From positions 2,336,001 through 2,400,000 of the forward strand of contig OY760074.1 of assembly GCA_963663035.1 (NCBI GenBank): a stretch of DNA of 64,000 bases, read 5' to 3'. This DNA comes from Acidobacteriota bacterium. Its GTDB lineage: Bacteria; Acidobacteriota; UBA6911; RPQK01; JADFOI01. Position 1 is the first letter of the stretch. Each line of letters starts with the position of its first letter. The position numbers and the translations under genes were made by a program. Positions 42,142 through 53,029 of this stretch are shown one piece after another. A model generated the notes under the pieces. The model was not told the origin of the DNA and ran no database searches. It saw only the letters and a list, made by a program, of their open reading frames with translations.

Positions 42142-43284
42142 CTAAAGTCTCTGGCTGATCCAGCCGCCACCCAGAACACGCTCCCCCTGGTAAAAAACCA
42201 CAGCTTGCCCGGGTGTCACTGCCATTTGGGGAGTCTCGAAAATAACCTTGGCTCGGCGACCACTCTCGGCCTGATGGTTCTTCTTTTCAGAGACAATTGA
42301 AGCTGAAACTTGCTGATGATGGGACCGAATCCGGACTTCCGCCTCCACTGCTCCCTCCGGAAAACGACCCGAGATCCAGTTGACTCGATCGGCGATCAGT
42401 CCCTGACTGTATAGATCTTCCTTGTATCCCACAATCACCGCATTTCGATGAACATCCAGTCGCAGGACGTAAAGGGGCCGGGAGTGGGCAATTCCCAAAC
42501 CGCGACGCTGTCCCACCGTAAACCGATAGATTCCCGAATGAGACCCCAAACGCTGACCGTCCTTAAAGAGAATGGGGCCAGTCCGATCCGATTGTTCGAG
42601 AAGGGGGACCAGCTCCTTTTTCACCTCTTCCGCATGACGCTGTATGAAGCTGCTGTAATCCCCATCTGGAATGAAACAGATCTCCTGGCTGTCCCGCTTG
42701 CCCGCCGTCAACAAGCCGTTGGAGCTGGCAAGTTCACGAATACTCGACTTTTCGTACTCACCCACGGGGAACTGAATGTGGGACAGCTGCTCCTGTGTGA
42801 GCTCGAATAGATAATAGGACTGATCTTTGCTCAAACACTCGCCCTGGAGGAGCTGATATCCCTCGTCGACGGTGTAGCGAATGCGGGCATAGTGGCCGGT
42901 GGCGACTCGATCGATGCCAATCTTCCGCGCGAAAACCAGGAGCTTGTCGAACTTCAAAAATGTATTGCACAGAGTGCAGGGGATCGGTGTCCTCCCAGTC
43001 AGATAGTCACGGATGAACGGCTCCACGACCCTTTGTTCGAATTCCTGCTGCAAATTCAGAACATAGAACGGAAAGCCCAGCTGCTCAGCGACGCGGCGGG
43101 CATCAGAGACATCTTCCAAAGAACAGCACCTCCCAGGCTGAGGCTCCTCACTCTGGGTAGGATTGCGGCGGTGATCCCAAAGCTGCATGGTACAACCCAC
43201 GACTTCATAGCCCTCATCTTTCAACAGCAGGGCTGCTGTTGAGCTGTCCACACCGCCACTCATGGCCAGTAAAATACGGTTCAT
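42142..43284 (-). CDS. mnmA: tRNA 2-thiouridine(34) synthase
   Basis: [46 protein letters not shown]. Confidence 0.97.
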   Translation of the reverse strand: MNRILLAMSGGVDSSTAALLLKDEGYEVVGCTMQLWDHRRNPTQSEEPQPGRCCSLEDVSDARRVAEQLGFPFYVLNLQQEFEQRVVEPFIRDYLTGRTPIPCTLCNTFLKFDKLLVFARKIGIDRVATGHYARIRYTVDEGYQLLQGECLSKDQSYYLFELTQEQLSHIQFPVGEYEKSSIRELASSNGLLTAGKRDSQEICFIPDGDYSSFIQRHAEEVKKELVPLLEQSDRTGPILFKDGQRLGSHSGIYRFTVGQRRGLGIAHSRPLYVLRLDVHRNAVIVGYKEDLYSQGLIADRVNWISGRFPEGAVEAEVRIRSHHQQVSASIVSEKKNHQAESGRRAKVIFETPQMAVTPGQAVVFYQGERVLGGGWISQRL

Positions 43285-43352
43285 AGTGCTGGTCAGTATA
43301 GCATGGGGAAGACTCGCTCACTGTCGTTCATTGAGCTTCCTTCTGGGAGGGC

Positions 43353-43372
43353 CCGTGGGCTAAAGCCCACGG
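43353..43372. repeat. REP-like hairpin
   Basis: CCGTGGGC-TAAA-GCCCACGG just downstream of menC. Confidence 0.5.
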
Positions 43373-43378
43373 CTCTGA

Positions 43379-44488
43379 CTACTGAGGGAACTTCTCGCTT
43401 CGTACCGTTATCTGGTCAATCCATGGGCGGTCTGGTTCATAACCAAGACCGGCTGCCCGAGGGGGAATGATAAATCCATCTGCGGTGACTTCCACAGGAG
43501 GAACAACGGTATCGCGCTCATAGTAGCGTTTGCTAGCGGAGACATCACCAGGAAGGCTGAAGTTCTCTAACGTGGAAAGCGCAATGTTATGGGCACGACC
43601 GATCCCGGTCTCCAGCATCCCTCCACACCAAACCGGAATGCCCTGCTCCTTGCAAATGTCGTGCACCCGTTTGGCCTCACCAGGACCTCCCAGCCGACCC
43701 ATCTTGATATTCATGATTCTGCAGGCCTGCACCTCGCAGGCGTGTGCAGCATCGCGAGCATGGCGAATCGATTCATCCAGACAAATTGCGGTCTCGATCC
43801 TGGCTTGCAATTTGGAGTGATCCAACAAGTCATCGTAACTCAGAGGTTGCTCAATCATCAGCAAGTTGAAGTCGTCGAACTTCTTCAGGTGGTCCGCATC
43901 CTCCAGGCTGTAAGCACCATTGGCATCCACCATCAAGAGGATCTCAGGAAAGTGATCCCGGACCTGACGCACAATGTCCACATCCCACCCCGGTTTGACC
44001 TTGATTTTGACCCGATGGTACCCGCCTTGCAGCTCCTGTTCTATTTTTTCCAGAAGGGCTGCCGGGCTTGATTGAATTCCGATGGACACACCGCAGGCGA
44101 TCTTCTCTCGGGTTCCTCCCAGAAGCTTCCATAAAGGCAAATGAAGATCCTGCGCCTGCAGGTCCCAAAGCGCCGCCTCTACACAACCTTTTGCCATACG
44201 ATGGCCGCGAATGTCTCGACACAACTCCGGAAATTCTGTGGAGCTCTCAAAGGACCATTGCACGACACGGGGCAAAATCAGCTGGGTCAGGATCGACCAG
44301 GCCGTATCCACTGTCTCCTCACTGTAAAAAGGACCCTCGCCCGCAACGCATTCACCCCACCCCACCGTCCCGCGTCCATGGACTTCCACCAGGAGGACGC
44401 GCCTCTCCTGTGTCCGCCAGAAACTGGTCTCAAAGAATTCAACCAGCGGAAGACGGATTTCCCGCAAGACGATCTGCTCAATCTTCAT
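43379..44488 (-). CDS. menC: o-succinylbenzoate synthase / N-acylamino acid racemase family
   Basis: Enolase superfamily: KIKVKPG, VDAN, IEQP, LDES, WCGGMLETGIGR, PGDVSAS. Confidence 0.88.
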   Translation of the reverse strand: MKIEQIVLREIRLPLVEFFETSFWRTQERRVLLVEVHGRGTVGWGECVAGEGPFYSEETVDTAWSILTQLILPRVVQWSFESSTEFPELCRDIRGHRMAKGCVEAALWDLQAQDLHLPLWKLLGGTREKIACGVSIGIQSSPAALLEKIEQELQGGYHRVKIKVKPGWDVDIVRQVRDHFPEILLMVDANGAYSLEDADHLKKFDDFNLLMIEQPLSYDDLLDHSKLQARIETAICLDESIRHARDAAHACEVQACRIMNIKMGRLGGPGEAKRVHDICKEQGIPVWCGGMLETGIGRAHNIALSTLENFSLPGDVSASKRYYERDTVVPPVEVTADGFIIPPRAAGLGYEPDRPWIDQITVRSEKFPQ

Positions 44489-44490
44489 GC

Positions 44491-44539
44491 TGTCAGGTGT
44501 CAGTTGTCAGCTGTCAGTTGTCAGTGGTCAGTGGTCAGC
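44491..44539. repeat. Heptamer tandem repeat (T/G)GTCAGN x7
   Basis: TGTCAGG TGTCAGT TGTCAGC TGTCAGT TGTCAGT GGTCAGT GGTCAGC. Confidence 0.85.
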
Positions 44540-46125
44540 TTCCTCCCCCAGCCTCCTCCCCCAGGCGTCTCAATGCGGATGATCTCGCCCTGGGAAAGAG
44601 AAAGTGAGAACTTACCGGGGAGCTTCTTCCGTTTTCCTTTGACAATCAAGTAGTTTTTCCCGGTCTTTCCGGACTCTCCGCCGTGGAGCCCATAGGGCGC
44701 ATGTCGACGACGATCCGACAGCATTGTCACCTGACAATCCGCTAACATTTCCAGGCTTCGGATGATACCGTCACCTCCCCGAAACTTCCCTTGACCGCCC
44801 GACTCCCGGCGCAATCGGTACTCTCTCACTCGCACCGGGAAATAGGTTTCCAGGGCTTCGATTGGTGTGTTCAAGGTGTTGGTCATGTGGGTGTGAACTC
44901 CGCTGTCTCCATCTGCCTGTGGACTCGCTCCCATTCCACCTCCAATCGTTTCGTAATAGGAGAAGGTCTGACCGGTGTTTGGGCCAACACTGCCCACGGT
45001 TAAGTTATTCATGGTCCCACTGGAGGCAGCGGGAATATTGTCCAACTCTGCCGTAGACAGGGCTCTCAGAAGAACATCCACAATGCGCTGGGAGGTCTCT
45101 ACATTCCCTCCTGCGGTGGCTGCCGGATAGCTGGCGTTGACAATGGTCCCGGCAGGAGTGATCACTTCCACCGGACGAAGTAGACCGGCACTGGTGGGCG
45201 CGTCATCAGGGGCCAGACAGCGCAGCACATAGTAGACAGCTGAAAGGGTAATCGCTTCCACTGCATTCACACACCCTCGTACCTGGGGGTGGGAACCGCT
45301 GAAATCGACCTTCATCCTTTCTCTGTGAACCTCCACAGACACTTTGATTTTGATGGGTCGCCTGGGAGGTTCCCTTGTTGTCCCATCATCGTCAAGAAGA
45401 TCCTCAGCCCTGTAACAGCCGTCAGGAATCCGAGAAATGAGCTGTTTCATGACCCTTTCACCATAATCCTGGAGCGCCGTCATGTAGGCTTCTACTTCTT
45501 GGCGACCGTTTTTCTCCACCATAGCCAGCAACCTTTTCTCTCCGACCTTCAAGGAGCCGATTTGAGCGGCCAGGTCTCCCTCTCGCTCTCTGGGAGTTCG
45601 GACATTCACAAGCACCAGCCGCAACAGATCTCGGTTGAGCTGTCCCCTCTGGTAAAGCCTCAAAGGAGGTATCCTGATCCCTTCTTGAAAGATGTCGGTG
45701 CTGAGGGGCATGGAACCGGGAGAAATTCCTCCCACATCGGAATGATGTGCCCGGCAAGCCACAAAGGAGACGGGCCGGGAAACATCCGATGGCTCAAAAA
45801 GGGGCGCAACCATGGTCACGTCCGGCAGATGGGTCCCCCCCGCGAAGGGGTCGTTCAAAAACACAACATCACCCGGGTGGAGTGGAAAAGCATCGATCGC
45901 CGCCCTGACGGCTAGTGGCATCGATCCCAGATGGACCGGCATATGATCTCCCATGGCCACCAGTTGACCTTGACCGTCGAATAGAGCACAGGAGTAATCT
46001 CTTCGCTCTTTAATGTTAGGAGAATAGGCAGTCCGCCTCAGGACAGTACCCATCTCCTGCGCAATCGAGGAAAAGAGATTTCGATAGATTTCAAGTTTGA
46101 TGGGATGAAAGGAGTCCGACATCAC
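44521..46125 (-). CDS. Hydantoinase B / oxoprolinase family protein
   Basis: SPNIKERRDYSCA, PVHLGSM, NDPFAGGTHLPD, GNVETSQR, HMTNT, TPGGGGWG. Confidence 0.93.
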   Translation of the reverse strand: MMSDSFHPIKLEIYRNLFSSIAQEMGTVLRRTAYSPNIKERRDYSCALFDGQGQLVAMGDHMPVHLGSMPLAVRAAIDAFPLHPGDVVFLNDPFAGGTHLPDVTMVAPLFEPSDVSRPVSFVACRAHHSDVGGISPGSMPLSTDIFQEGIRIPPLRLYQRGQLNRDLLRLVLVNVRTPREREGDLAAQIGSLKVGEKRLLAMVEKNGRQEVEAYMTALQDYGERVMKQLISRIPDGCYRAEDLLDDDGTTREPPRRPIKIKVSVEVHRERMKVDFSGSHPQVRGCVNAVEAITLSAVYYVLRCLAPDDAPTSAGLLRPVEVITPAGTIVNASYPAATAGGNVETSQRIVDVLLRALSTAELDNIPAASSGTMNNLTVGSVGPNTGQTFSYYETIGGGMGASPQADGDSGVHTHMTNTLNTPIEALETYFPVRVREYRLRRESGGQGKFRGGDGIIRSLEMLADCQVTMLSDRRRHAPYGLHGGESGKTGKNYLIVKGKRKKLPGKFSLSLSQGEIIRIETPGGGGWGRKLTTDH

Positions 46126-46140
46126 AGTTTGGCATTATAT

Positions 46141-46166
46141 CTGGGGACAGCGTAGCCTGTCCCCAG
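46141..46166. repeat. REP-like hairpin in a divergent intergenic region
   Basis: CTGGGGACAG-cgtagc-CTGTCCCCAG. Confidence 0.5.
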
Positions 46167-46194
46167 ATATAATTATCCCCTGTATGATTTTCCC

Positions 46195-47049
46195 ATGAAA
46201 AAGCTGGCTCTTCTCCTGGAAGCGATCAAGTTCGAGCACACGATTTTTGCGCTTCCGTTCGCCTTTCTGGGGGCCTTTCTGGCAGCCCGGGGCTTTCCGG
46301 GCTGGGAGATCAGCTTCTGGATCATCATGGCCATGACCGGAGCTCGGAGCGCAGCAATGTCCTTTAATCGGCTAGCCGACCGCTTGGATGACCGCCTGAA
46401 TCCACGCACGGCTAACCGTGCCCTCCCCCGCCAACTCCTGAGCCCGCAACTTGTCGCACTGTTCACGCTGGCCAGCTCAACACTGTTCATCTTTTCGGCC
46501 TGGATGCTCAATGACCTGGCTTTTCAGCTTTCCCCCATCGCCTTGATCATCATCCTTTTTTACAGCTACACCAAGAGGTTTACATCACTCTCCCATCTGG
46601 TTCTGGGACTCTCACTTGCCATAGCTCCAGTGGGCGGTTGGGTTGCGGTTCAAGGGGAACTCCAGCTCGCTTCTTTCTATGTGGCGGCTGCCGTTCTTTT
46701 CTGGGTAGGAGGATTTGACATTATCTATGCGTGTCAGGATTATGACTTTGACCGAAACTTCGGCCGACATTCCTTACCCAGTAAAGTGGGCATCAAGACA
46801 GCGCTTCAAATCTCCTCCTGGTTACATGTCTTGATGATGCTTGTGCTCATCTACGCTTTTCTCTACTTCCAGCTCTCCCTTCTGAGCTGGATCGGTCTAA
46901 TCCTGGTCGGAATGGGACTCATTTATGAACACAGTCTGGTTCACCCGGAGGATCTGAGTCGCCTCAATGCTGCTTTTTTTACTCTCAACGGCCTCATCAG
47001 TTCTGTTTTATTTGTCTTCGTCGGTCTCGATCTGTGCCTAACTCCTTAG
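46195..47049 (+). CDS. UbiA-family polyprenyltransferase (MqnP-like)
   Basis: IKFEHTIFALPFA, ARSAAMSFNRLADxxxDxxNPRT, YSYTKRF, GFDIIYACQD. Confidence 0.92.
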   Translation: MKKLALLLEAIKFEHTIFALPFAFLGAFLAARGFPGWEISFWIIMAMTGARSAAMSFNRLADRLDDRLNPRTANRALPRQLLSPQLVALFTLASSTLFIFSAWMLNDLAFQLSPIALIIILFYSYTKRFTSLSHLVLGLSLAIAPVGGWVAVQGELQLASFYVAAAVLFWVGGFDIIYACQDYDFDRNFGRHSLPSKVGIKTALQISSWLHVLMMLVLIYAFLYFQLSLLSWIGLILVGMGLIYEHSLVHPEDLSRLNAAFFTLNGLISSVLFVFVGLDLCLTP

Positions 47050-47177
47050 CTGGGAACATGCCAACCGGTGTTGACATTTCGACGCTGTCGTGACTGCAAA
47101 TGCTGTGCAAGCGCTCGAATAACACAACATACAGTAGTGGGCAGAACATGACAAGCAATATGTGACTCGGTTGACAT

Positions 47178-47193
47178 TGGCACGCCATTTGCT
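47178..47193 (+). promoter_or_regulatory. Sigma54 (-24/-12) promoter whose downstream gene is missing
   Basis: TGGCAC-GCCAT-TTGCT. Confidence 0.7.
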
Positions 47194-47328
47194 TCACGCA
47201 CAGAGGAGTTTTTATTCATTGGAGTTTTTGACTCGTACTTTATGCTGTTTAATCGTTATAATAAGTAGAAGTAAATGTTAAGAGATTAGCTTTCGGGCTG
47301 CGGTCGCGAGCGCGTCTCCAGCCCAAAG

Positions 47329-48595
47329 TGACCTTGCCCCCTAAAACGAGTCCAGTTTGAATGTTAGGATTTCCGGTTTAGGAAGGAGGCAAGGATGGCA
47401 GGGAAGCGGTTTAGGGCAGAACAGATCATCATGAAGCTGCGTGAGGCAGAGGTGGGTCTGGCCCAAGGACAGAGGGTGGGACAGGTGTCGAAGCAGATGG
47501 GGGTGAGCGAGCAGACCTACTACCGGTGGCGCAAAGAGTACGGAGGGCTCCGGTTGGACCAGGCCAAGAGGTTGAAGGTGTTGGAGAAGGAGAATACCCG
47601 GTTGAAGAAGCTGGTGGCGGATCTGTCTTTGGACAAGCAGATCCTGAAGGAAGTGTCCTCGGGAAACTTCTAGGCCCGGCGAACAGGAGACGAGCGGTGA
47701 TGTGGGTACGAGAGCGATTAGGAGCAGAGCGAGTCTCCGAACGTCGGGCCTGCCAAGTGCTGGGACAGGTTCGATCGACCCAGCGAAGGGAAAGGCAAAT
47801 TCCCGATGATGAGGCCCGATTGGTGGCCCGGATGGTGGAGTTGGCTACGCAATACGGGCGTTATGGCTACCGGCGGGTCACGGCGATACTTCATGGGGAA
47901 GGGTGGAAGGTGAATCCTAAGCGGGTGGAGAGGCTGTGGAGACAAGAAGGGCTGAAAGTCCCGTCCAGACAGCCGAAACGAAGGAGGCTGTGGCTTAATG
48001 ACGGTTCCTGTGTTCGGTTACGAGCGGCTCGCAAGAACCACGTCTGGAGCTATGATTTCGTGCATGAACGGACCCATGATGGGCGAGCCTTTCGGCTATT
48101 GACGATCCTGGATGAGTACACCAGAGAGTGCCTCGCCATTGATGTGAAACGGCAGATGAATCACCAAGACGTGTTGGACCGGCTGGCGGAGTTATTCGTT
48201 GATCGGGGAGTGCCTGAGTTTATCCGGTCCGATAACGGATCGGAGTTTACGGCACAGGCGGTCCGGGACTGGCTGCAGGCTGTTGGGGTAAGGACCTTGT
48301 ACATCGAGCCGGGCAGCCCCTGGGAGAATGGGTACATTGAGAGTTTCAACGGGAAACTACGGGATGAGCTGCTGAACATGGAGATCTTCGACACGCTGGG
48401 GGAAGCCAAGGTGTTGGTAGAACGCTGGCGGAGGGATTACAATCAGATCCGGCCTCACAGCGCCTTGGCCTATCGGCCGCCGGCGCCAGAGGCCAAACTA
48501 CCTAGGTCGCAGGCACTGGATCCAATCCCTTGGAGTGGACTTCAAATGGTCCCGGGTCTAGCATAGAGGGTGGACTCGTTCGTGGGGGCAGGTCA
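47329..48595 (+). mobile_element. IS3-family IS copy 3 (OrfA 47395-47673, OrfB to 48566)
   Basis: Near-identical to the other copies; no TSD (AAAG vs ATGG). Confidence 0.95.
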
Positions 48596-49177
48596 ATGGG
48601 AATAAGTGATTTTATGGTCGCCTATATCCTCCCGGTTTTGGCCGCCGGGACTTTGCTTGGGGTGGCTGGTCAGCGTTACTACACCACTTACGCAGGCCGG
48701 TTGAGAATCGACGGAATCATTCTGAAAATCCCAATCTTCGGAGCCACCATCCAGAAGATCATTGTGGCCCGATTCTCCCGCACCCTCGGTACCCTCCTTA
48801 CCAGTGGTATTTCCATCCTTGAGGCACTGGATATTACCGCTCGCACGGCTGGAAACCTGGTGATTCAAAACGCCCTGCTGGATGCCCGAAAGGCAGTGCA
48901 AGAGGGAAACACCCTGGTTGACCCTCTCAAACGGTCTGATCTCTTTCCTCCCATGGTGGTCCAGATGGTGGGTGTAGGCGAACAGACAGGTGAGCTGGAT
49001 CAGATGCTCCAAAAGATGGCCGACTTTTACGAAGAGCAAGCGGATGCTGCTATTGCCGACTTCTTGACCATGATCGAGCCTTTGATGATTGTCTTTCTGG
49101 GCGGGATTATTGGCGGTATTGTCATCTCTATGTATTTGCCAATCTTCAGTCTGATCGGGAAGCTGGCAGGTGGATGA
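48596..49177 (+). pseudogene. pilC: C-terminal half of type IV pilus platform protein PilC (T2SSF)
   Basis: ARFSRTLGTLLTSG, FPPMVVQMVGVGEQTGELD, IEP...MYLPIF; N-terminal half replaced by IS3. Confidence 0.88.
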
Positions 49178-50753
49178 TTTCAAGCAGAAGCTTCTGACAC
49201 TCATTATCGTCAGGCTCGTCCTGGTGAGCCTGGTGCTGGGGTTCGCAATCTTTGCCCTCTCCCAGCAAGTGTCTTCCTTTGAGTTCCTTCAGCCCTTCAT
49301 CCTGGCTCTCTATGTGCTTTCGGTGGCCTATGTCCTGCTCTGGAAGTATACGGACCGGCTAAGCGCCATCTACCACATTCAGTTCTTCTTCGATCTCATT
49401 CTGATCTCCTTGCTCATTTTTGTCTCGGGTGGAATCAACAGTCTTTTTACACCCTTTTACGTCCTCATCATTGTCTACGCCAGCTTGCTGAAAAATCGGG
49501 AAGGGGGCATCGTCGCTCTCACCTTGAGCATCACCTCCTACTCGGGAATCGTCCATCTCGGCTACCTGGGTTGGGTTCCCGGGGGGGGCGACATCGGACC
49601 CTATTCTCTAATCGTTTACCGAATCTCTTTGAATACACTGGGTTTCATGGGCGTTGCCATGCTCGGGATCTATCTCTCTGAACGCCTGCAAAGTGCACGC
49701 CATGAATTGGGTACCGCGAAAATCGTCCACCAGACCATTGTCGATAGTATCCGTGATGGACTGATCACTCTCGACTTGCCAGGTCGGATTACCTCCTGCA
49801 ATCGCTCAGGCGAAGAAATCTGTGGATTCTCACAGCAGGAGTTGCTCTCGCAGTCGATTTCCGACCTTTTCTCCGAGTCGGTATTACAGAGCATCTTAAG
49901 GAGCGACTTTGAGTTGAATCCACGAGCACTCCATATAGAATGCTGGTCCAGGGATAAGACAGGACAGCCACTGTTTGTGGGATTGAGCTGTTCTCCCCTC
50001 TTTTCTCATGACCAGAGGCAGACAGGCTACATTCTCTCCGTACAGGATCTGACTGAAATCAAGAAGCGCGAAGAGGAGGTTCAGCTCCAGGAGAAAATGG
50101 CTGCCATTGGAGAAGTGGCAGCTGGCCTGGCGCATGAGATTCGGAACCCGCTCGGCTCCTTGTGGGGAAGTATCCAGGTTCTGCAGTCCGAATTGCACTT
50201 ATCTGACGAGAAAGCACGACTCATCAATATCATTCTCAGAGAGTGTAAGCGACTCAACAAGATCGTAGGTGATTTCTTGGCCTATGCCGGACCCCGCTCG
50301 GGCCACCTGAAGCGAGTTGAACTTCTGTCTTTGGTCCAGGACACTGTAGATCTCTTTAAGCACAGTCCTGACTTTCAGGGAGGGCACAGCATCGAGATCC
50401 TGCCTTCTCCCAAACCGCTTCGCTGTCTGGCTGATTCCGATCAGTTTCGACAGGTGATCTGGAACATCATCCAGAACGGTGTTCGGGCCATGCCCACAGG
50501 AGGCCAGCTCTCGATCCAGCTCCGTCAAATGGATTCCCGAGCCCTGTTGAGTTTTCGCGATGAGGGGATGGGGATGAGTTCAAAGCAAAAGAAGGAGCTT
50601 TTCCAGCCCTTTCTCAGCGGTTTTAAGAAGGGAGCCGGACTGGGGATGGCCATTGTCTATCAGATCGTTCAGCAGCATCACGGACAGATCGACATCCGCA
50701 GCGAGCGCAATGCCGGTACCACCATCGACATCTCGCTTCCCATTGAGCATTGA
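49170..50753 (+). CDS. pilS: PilS-like membrane PAS sensor histidine kinase
   Basis: Multi-TM N-terminus, PAS, AHEIRNPL, N box, GAGLGM; follows pilC. Confidence 0.85.
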   Translation: MDDFKQKLLTLIIVRLVLVSLVLGFAIFALSQQVSSFEFLQPFILALYVLSVAYVLLWKYTDRLSAIYHIQFFFDLILISLLIFVSGGINSLFTPFYVLIIVYASLLKNREGGIVALTLSITSYSGIVHLGYLGWVPGGGDIGPYSLIVYRISLNTLGFMGVAMLGIYLSERLQSARHELGTAKIVHQTIVDSIRDGLITLDLPGRITSCNRSGEEICGFSQQELLSQSISDLFSESVLQSILRSDFELNPRALHIECWSRDKTGQPLFVGLSCSPLFSHDQRQTGYILSVQDLTEIKKREEEVQLQEKMAAIGEVAAGLAHEIRNPLGSLWGSIQVLQSELHLSDEKARLINIILRECKRLNKIVGDFLAYAGPRSGHLKRVELLSLVQDTVDLFKHSPDFQGGHSIEILPSPKPLRCLADSDQFRQVIWNIIQNGVRAMPTGGQLSIQLRQMDSRALLSFRDEGMGMSSKQKKELFQPFLSGFKKGAGLGMAIVYQIVQQHHGQIDIRSERNAGTTIDISLPIEH

Positions 50754-50754
50754 G

Positions 50755-50870
50755 TGGAAAGGAGATAGGAGGCAGGAGGCAGGAGATAAGAGTCTAGATT
50801 CTAGCTTCTGACTTCCTTCTTATTCCTTCTTATCTGATCCTGACTCCTGATCCTGACTCCTGCCTCCTGT
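50755..50870. repeat. Degenerate heptamer repeats in inverted arrangement at the convergent pilS/pilR ends
   Basis: AGGAGAT AGGAGGC AGGAGGC AGGAGAT ... TCCTGAC TCCTGA TCCTGAC TCCTGCC TCCTG. Confidence 0.6.
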
Positions 50871-52249
50871 CCCTTCTTCTTAATCCCCAGGGTCTCTACA
50901 CGGTGCCTGAGAGAACGATAGGAGACCTTCAGAATCTCCGCTGCTCTGGTCTGATTGCCTTCCGCTAGTTCAAGAGCTTGTTCAACGAGCTGCCGCTCCA
51001 CTTTCTTCAGATACTCCTCCAAATCCAAACCCTCGTCGGCAGAAAACCTGGGCAGGCCGAGCTGATGAGCACTAACCTGCCCACGTACTTTCTCAGGCAG
51101 TCTTTCCTTTTGGATAAAGTCACTGTTCTCCAGAGTCGAGGCTCTTTCGATGACATTCTCCAACTCTCTTACATTACCGGGCCAATTATACTCCTCAAGG
51201 CAGGCTAATCCTTCCTCGGTCATTCCCTTGATCTCTCGACCCAACCGTTCATTGTACTTTTGGATAAAGTGCCGTACCAAAGGAACAATGTCGGGCCTGC
51301 GGGCACGCAGAGGGGGGATGTGTATGGGAATGACAGCTAACCGATAGTAGAGATCCTCCCGAAAAGTCCCCTCTTCCACCCCCTTCTCCAAGTCTTGGTT
51401 GGTGGCCGCAATCAGGCGCGCATCGATGTCAATCTCATCGGTCCCCCCGATTTTTCGAATTTTCTTTTCTTGCAGGGCTCGCAGAATCTTGACCTGCATG
51501 GAGGGGACCATTTCGCCCACTTCGTCCAAGAACAGGGTTCCTCCGATGGCCGCTTCAAAGAGGCCCTTCTTGTCTTTCACAGCACCTGTGAAGGACCCTC
51601 TCATGTATCCGAAAAGCTCAGACTCCAAAAGCGTCTCTGGGAAGGCTCCACAGTTTATGGAGACAAAAGGGGACTCTGGGGCAAGACTGGCCTGATGAAT
51701 TGCCCGGGCCACCAGCTCCTTTCCTGTTCCGCTTTCACCTGAAATCAAGATAGTGGTGTCGGTCGGGGCGATGGTTCCGATTAGTTTATAGATCTCGAGC
51801 ATGGCAGGAGAGGTACCAATCATTTCGTCCTCTTCGCTGCGCTGTCTCTCCAACACCCTGACCTGATGCCTCAGATCTCGAGCCAGGAGAGCATTCTTGA
51901 CCAGGTTCTTGAATGCCTCCACCTGGAAGGGCTTGGTAATGTAATCGAAGGCTCCCAGCTTCAGGGCTTCGATGGCCGTGTCTGAAGACGCGTAAGCCGT
52001 CATGAAAATAAAGGGGATCTCCGGATCAATCCTTTTGGATGCCTTCAGCAATTCCAAACCATCCACATCGGGCATCCTCAAATCTGAAATCACCAAATCA
52101 AAACCGCTCTTTTCTGAGAGCAACTCCACTGCCTTTTGCCCTTCCTGAACACTGCTCACCGTATATCCTTCTTTGTCCAGGACATACTCCAGGAATTCGA
52201 GCATGCTCTTCTCGTCATCTACAACCAGGATTTGCTCCACAGGCTTCAT
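50801..52249 (-). CDS. pilR: PilR-like sigma54-dependent response regulator
   Basis: REC domain, GESGTGKE, GSFTGA, WPGNVRELEN, Fis-type HTH. Confidence 0.88.
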   Translation of the reverse strand: MKPVEQILVVDDEKSMLEFLEYVLDKEGYTVSSVQEGQKAVELLSEKSGFDLVISDLRMPDVDGLELLKASKRIDPEIPFIFMTAYASSDTAIEALKLGAFDYITKPFQVEAFKNLVKNALLARDLRHQVRVLERQRSEEDEMIGTSPAMLEIYKLIGTIAPTDTTILISGESGTGKELVARAIHQASLAPESPFVSINCGAFPETLLESELFGYMRGSFTGAVKDKKGLFEAAIGGTLFLDEVGEMVPSMQVKILRALQEKKIRKIGGTDEIDIDARLIAATNQDLEKGVEEGTFREDLYYRLAVIPIHIPPLRARRPDIVPLVRHFIQKYNERLGREIKGMTEEGLACLEEYNWPGNVRELENVIERASTLENSDFIQKERLPEKVRGQVSAHQLGLPRFSADEGLDLEEYLKKVERQLVEQALELAEGNQTRAAEILKVSYRSLRHRVETLGIKKKGQEAGVRIRSQDQIRRNKKEVRS

Positions 52250-52408
52250 TATAATGAATAATGCATGGCTTGACCCTTTTCGTCAGTCCAATTGACAGAT
52301 AGCGTCCAACTCACGCGTGTACAGGGAGGGGGTGCCCGGCTCCAACAAAGACTATAACTCTTTCAATATCAAGTCTTTGCGTAATATTTTCGCCGTTCGC
52401 ACCTTTTT

Positions 52409-52424
52409 TGGCACAACTCTTGCT
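52409..52424 (+). promoter_or_regulatory. Sigma54 promoter of the pilin gene
   Basis: TGGCAC-AACTC-TTGCT about 30 bp upstream of the start; RBS AGGAGG. Confidence 0.8.
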
Positions 52425-52456
52425 TAGTACTGCTTCTGGAAAGGAGGAATTAACTT

Positions 52457-52900
52457 ATGAGAAACGAGAAAGGATTTTCATTAATCGAATTGCTCATCGT
52501 CGTAGCGATCATTGGAATCATTGCGGCTATTGCAGTTCCAAATCTTTTGCAGTCCAAGGCCGCAGCCAATGAAGCTTCGGCGATCAGTGCGGTGCGCAAC
52601 CTTGTGACCTCACAAATCACTTACTCGGCGACCCTGGGGTCAGGAAGCTATGCCGCCAGCTTGACGGTTCTGGGACCGACAAACGCTAAGCTGATTGACA
52701 GCGTGCTGGCAGCCGGAACCAAAGACGGGTATATCTTCGCAGTGGCTAGTACAGTGAATTCAACCTTCGAAATCACTGCCGACCCGATAACGCTCGGTTC
52801 GACAGGGAGTCGCTACTTCTTTGCTGATGAGTCTGGTGTCATTCGCTACGCAACTGGCTCCGGCCCTGCCGATGTGTCTGATAACCCATTAGGCATGTAG
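52457..52900 (+). CDS. pilA: Type IV pilin
   Basis: KGFSLIELLIVVAIIGIIAAIAVP class III signal peptide. Confidence 0.9.
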   Translation: MRNEKGFSLIELLIVVAIIGIIAAIAVPNLLQSKAAANEASAISAVRNLVTSQITYSATLGSGSYAASLTVLGPTNAKLIDSVLAAGTKDGYIFAVASTVNSTFEITADPITLGSTGSRYFFADESGVIRYATGSGPADVSDNPLGM

Positions 52901-52932
52901 AGACTCTCCAGCCAGGTTCGCACACCCCCCCA

Positions 52933-52970
52933 AAAGGGCAACCTCAACCCCTTATGCAGGTTGCCCTTCT
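52933..52970. terminator. Probable intrinsic terminator between pilA and rpoC
   Basis: AAGGGCAACCT...AGGTTGCCCTT stem. Confidence 0.6.
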
Positions 52971-53029
52971 TACCTTCACCTGAACACAACTCACCACTCC
53001 CCACCTGACTCATTTCTTCTGGATTCTTC

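Noticed and set aside
46141-46166. GGGGACAG/CTGTCCCC hairpin as IS481-like ends
   Set aside because: Only about 7 bp match, lacks the CGAAAAA part; a REP-like hairpin is the simpler reading.
48530-48595. N-terminus of the 215-aa ORF
   Set aside because: Derived from the IS3 end read in frame with truncated pilC.
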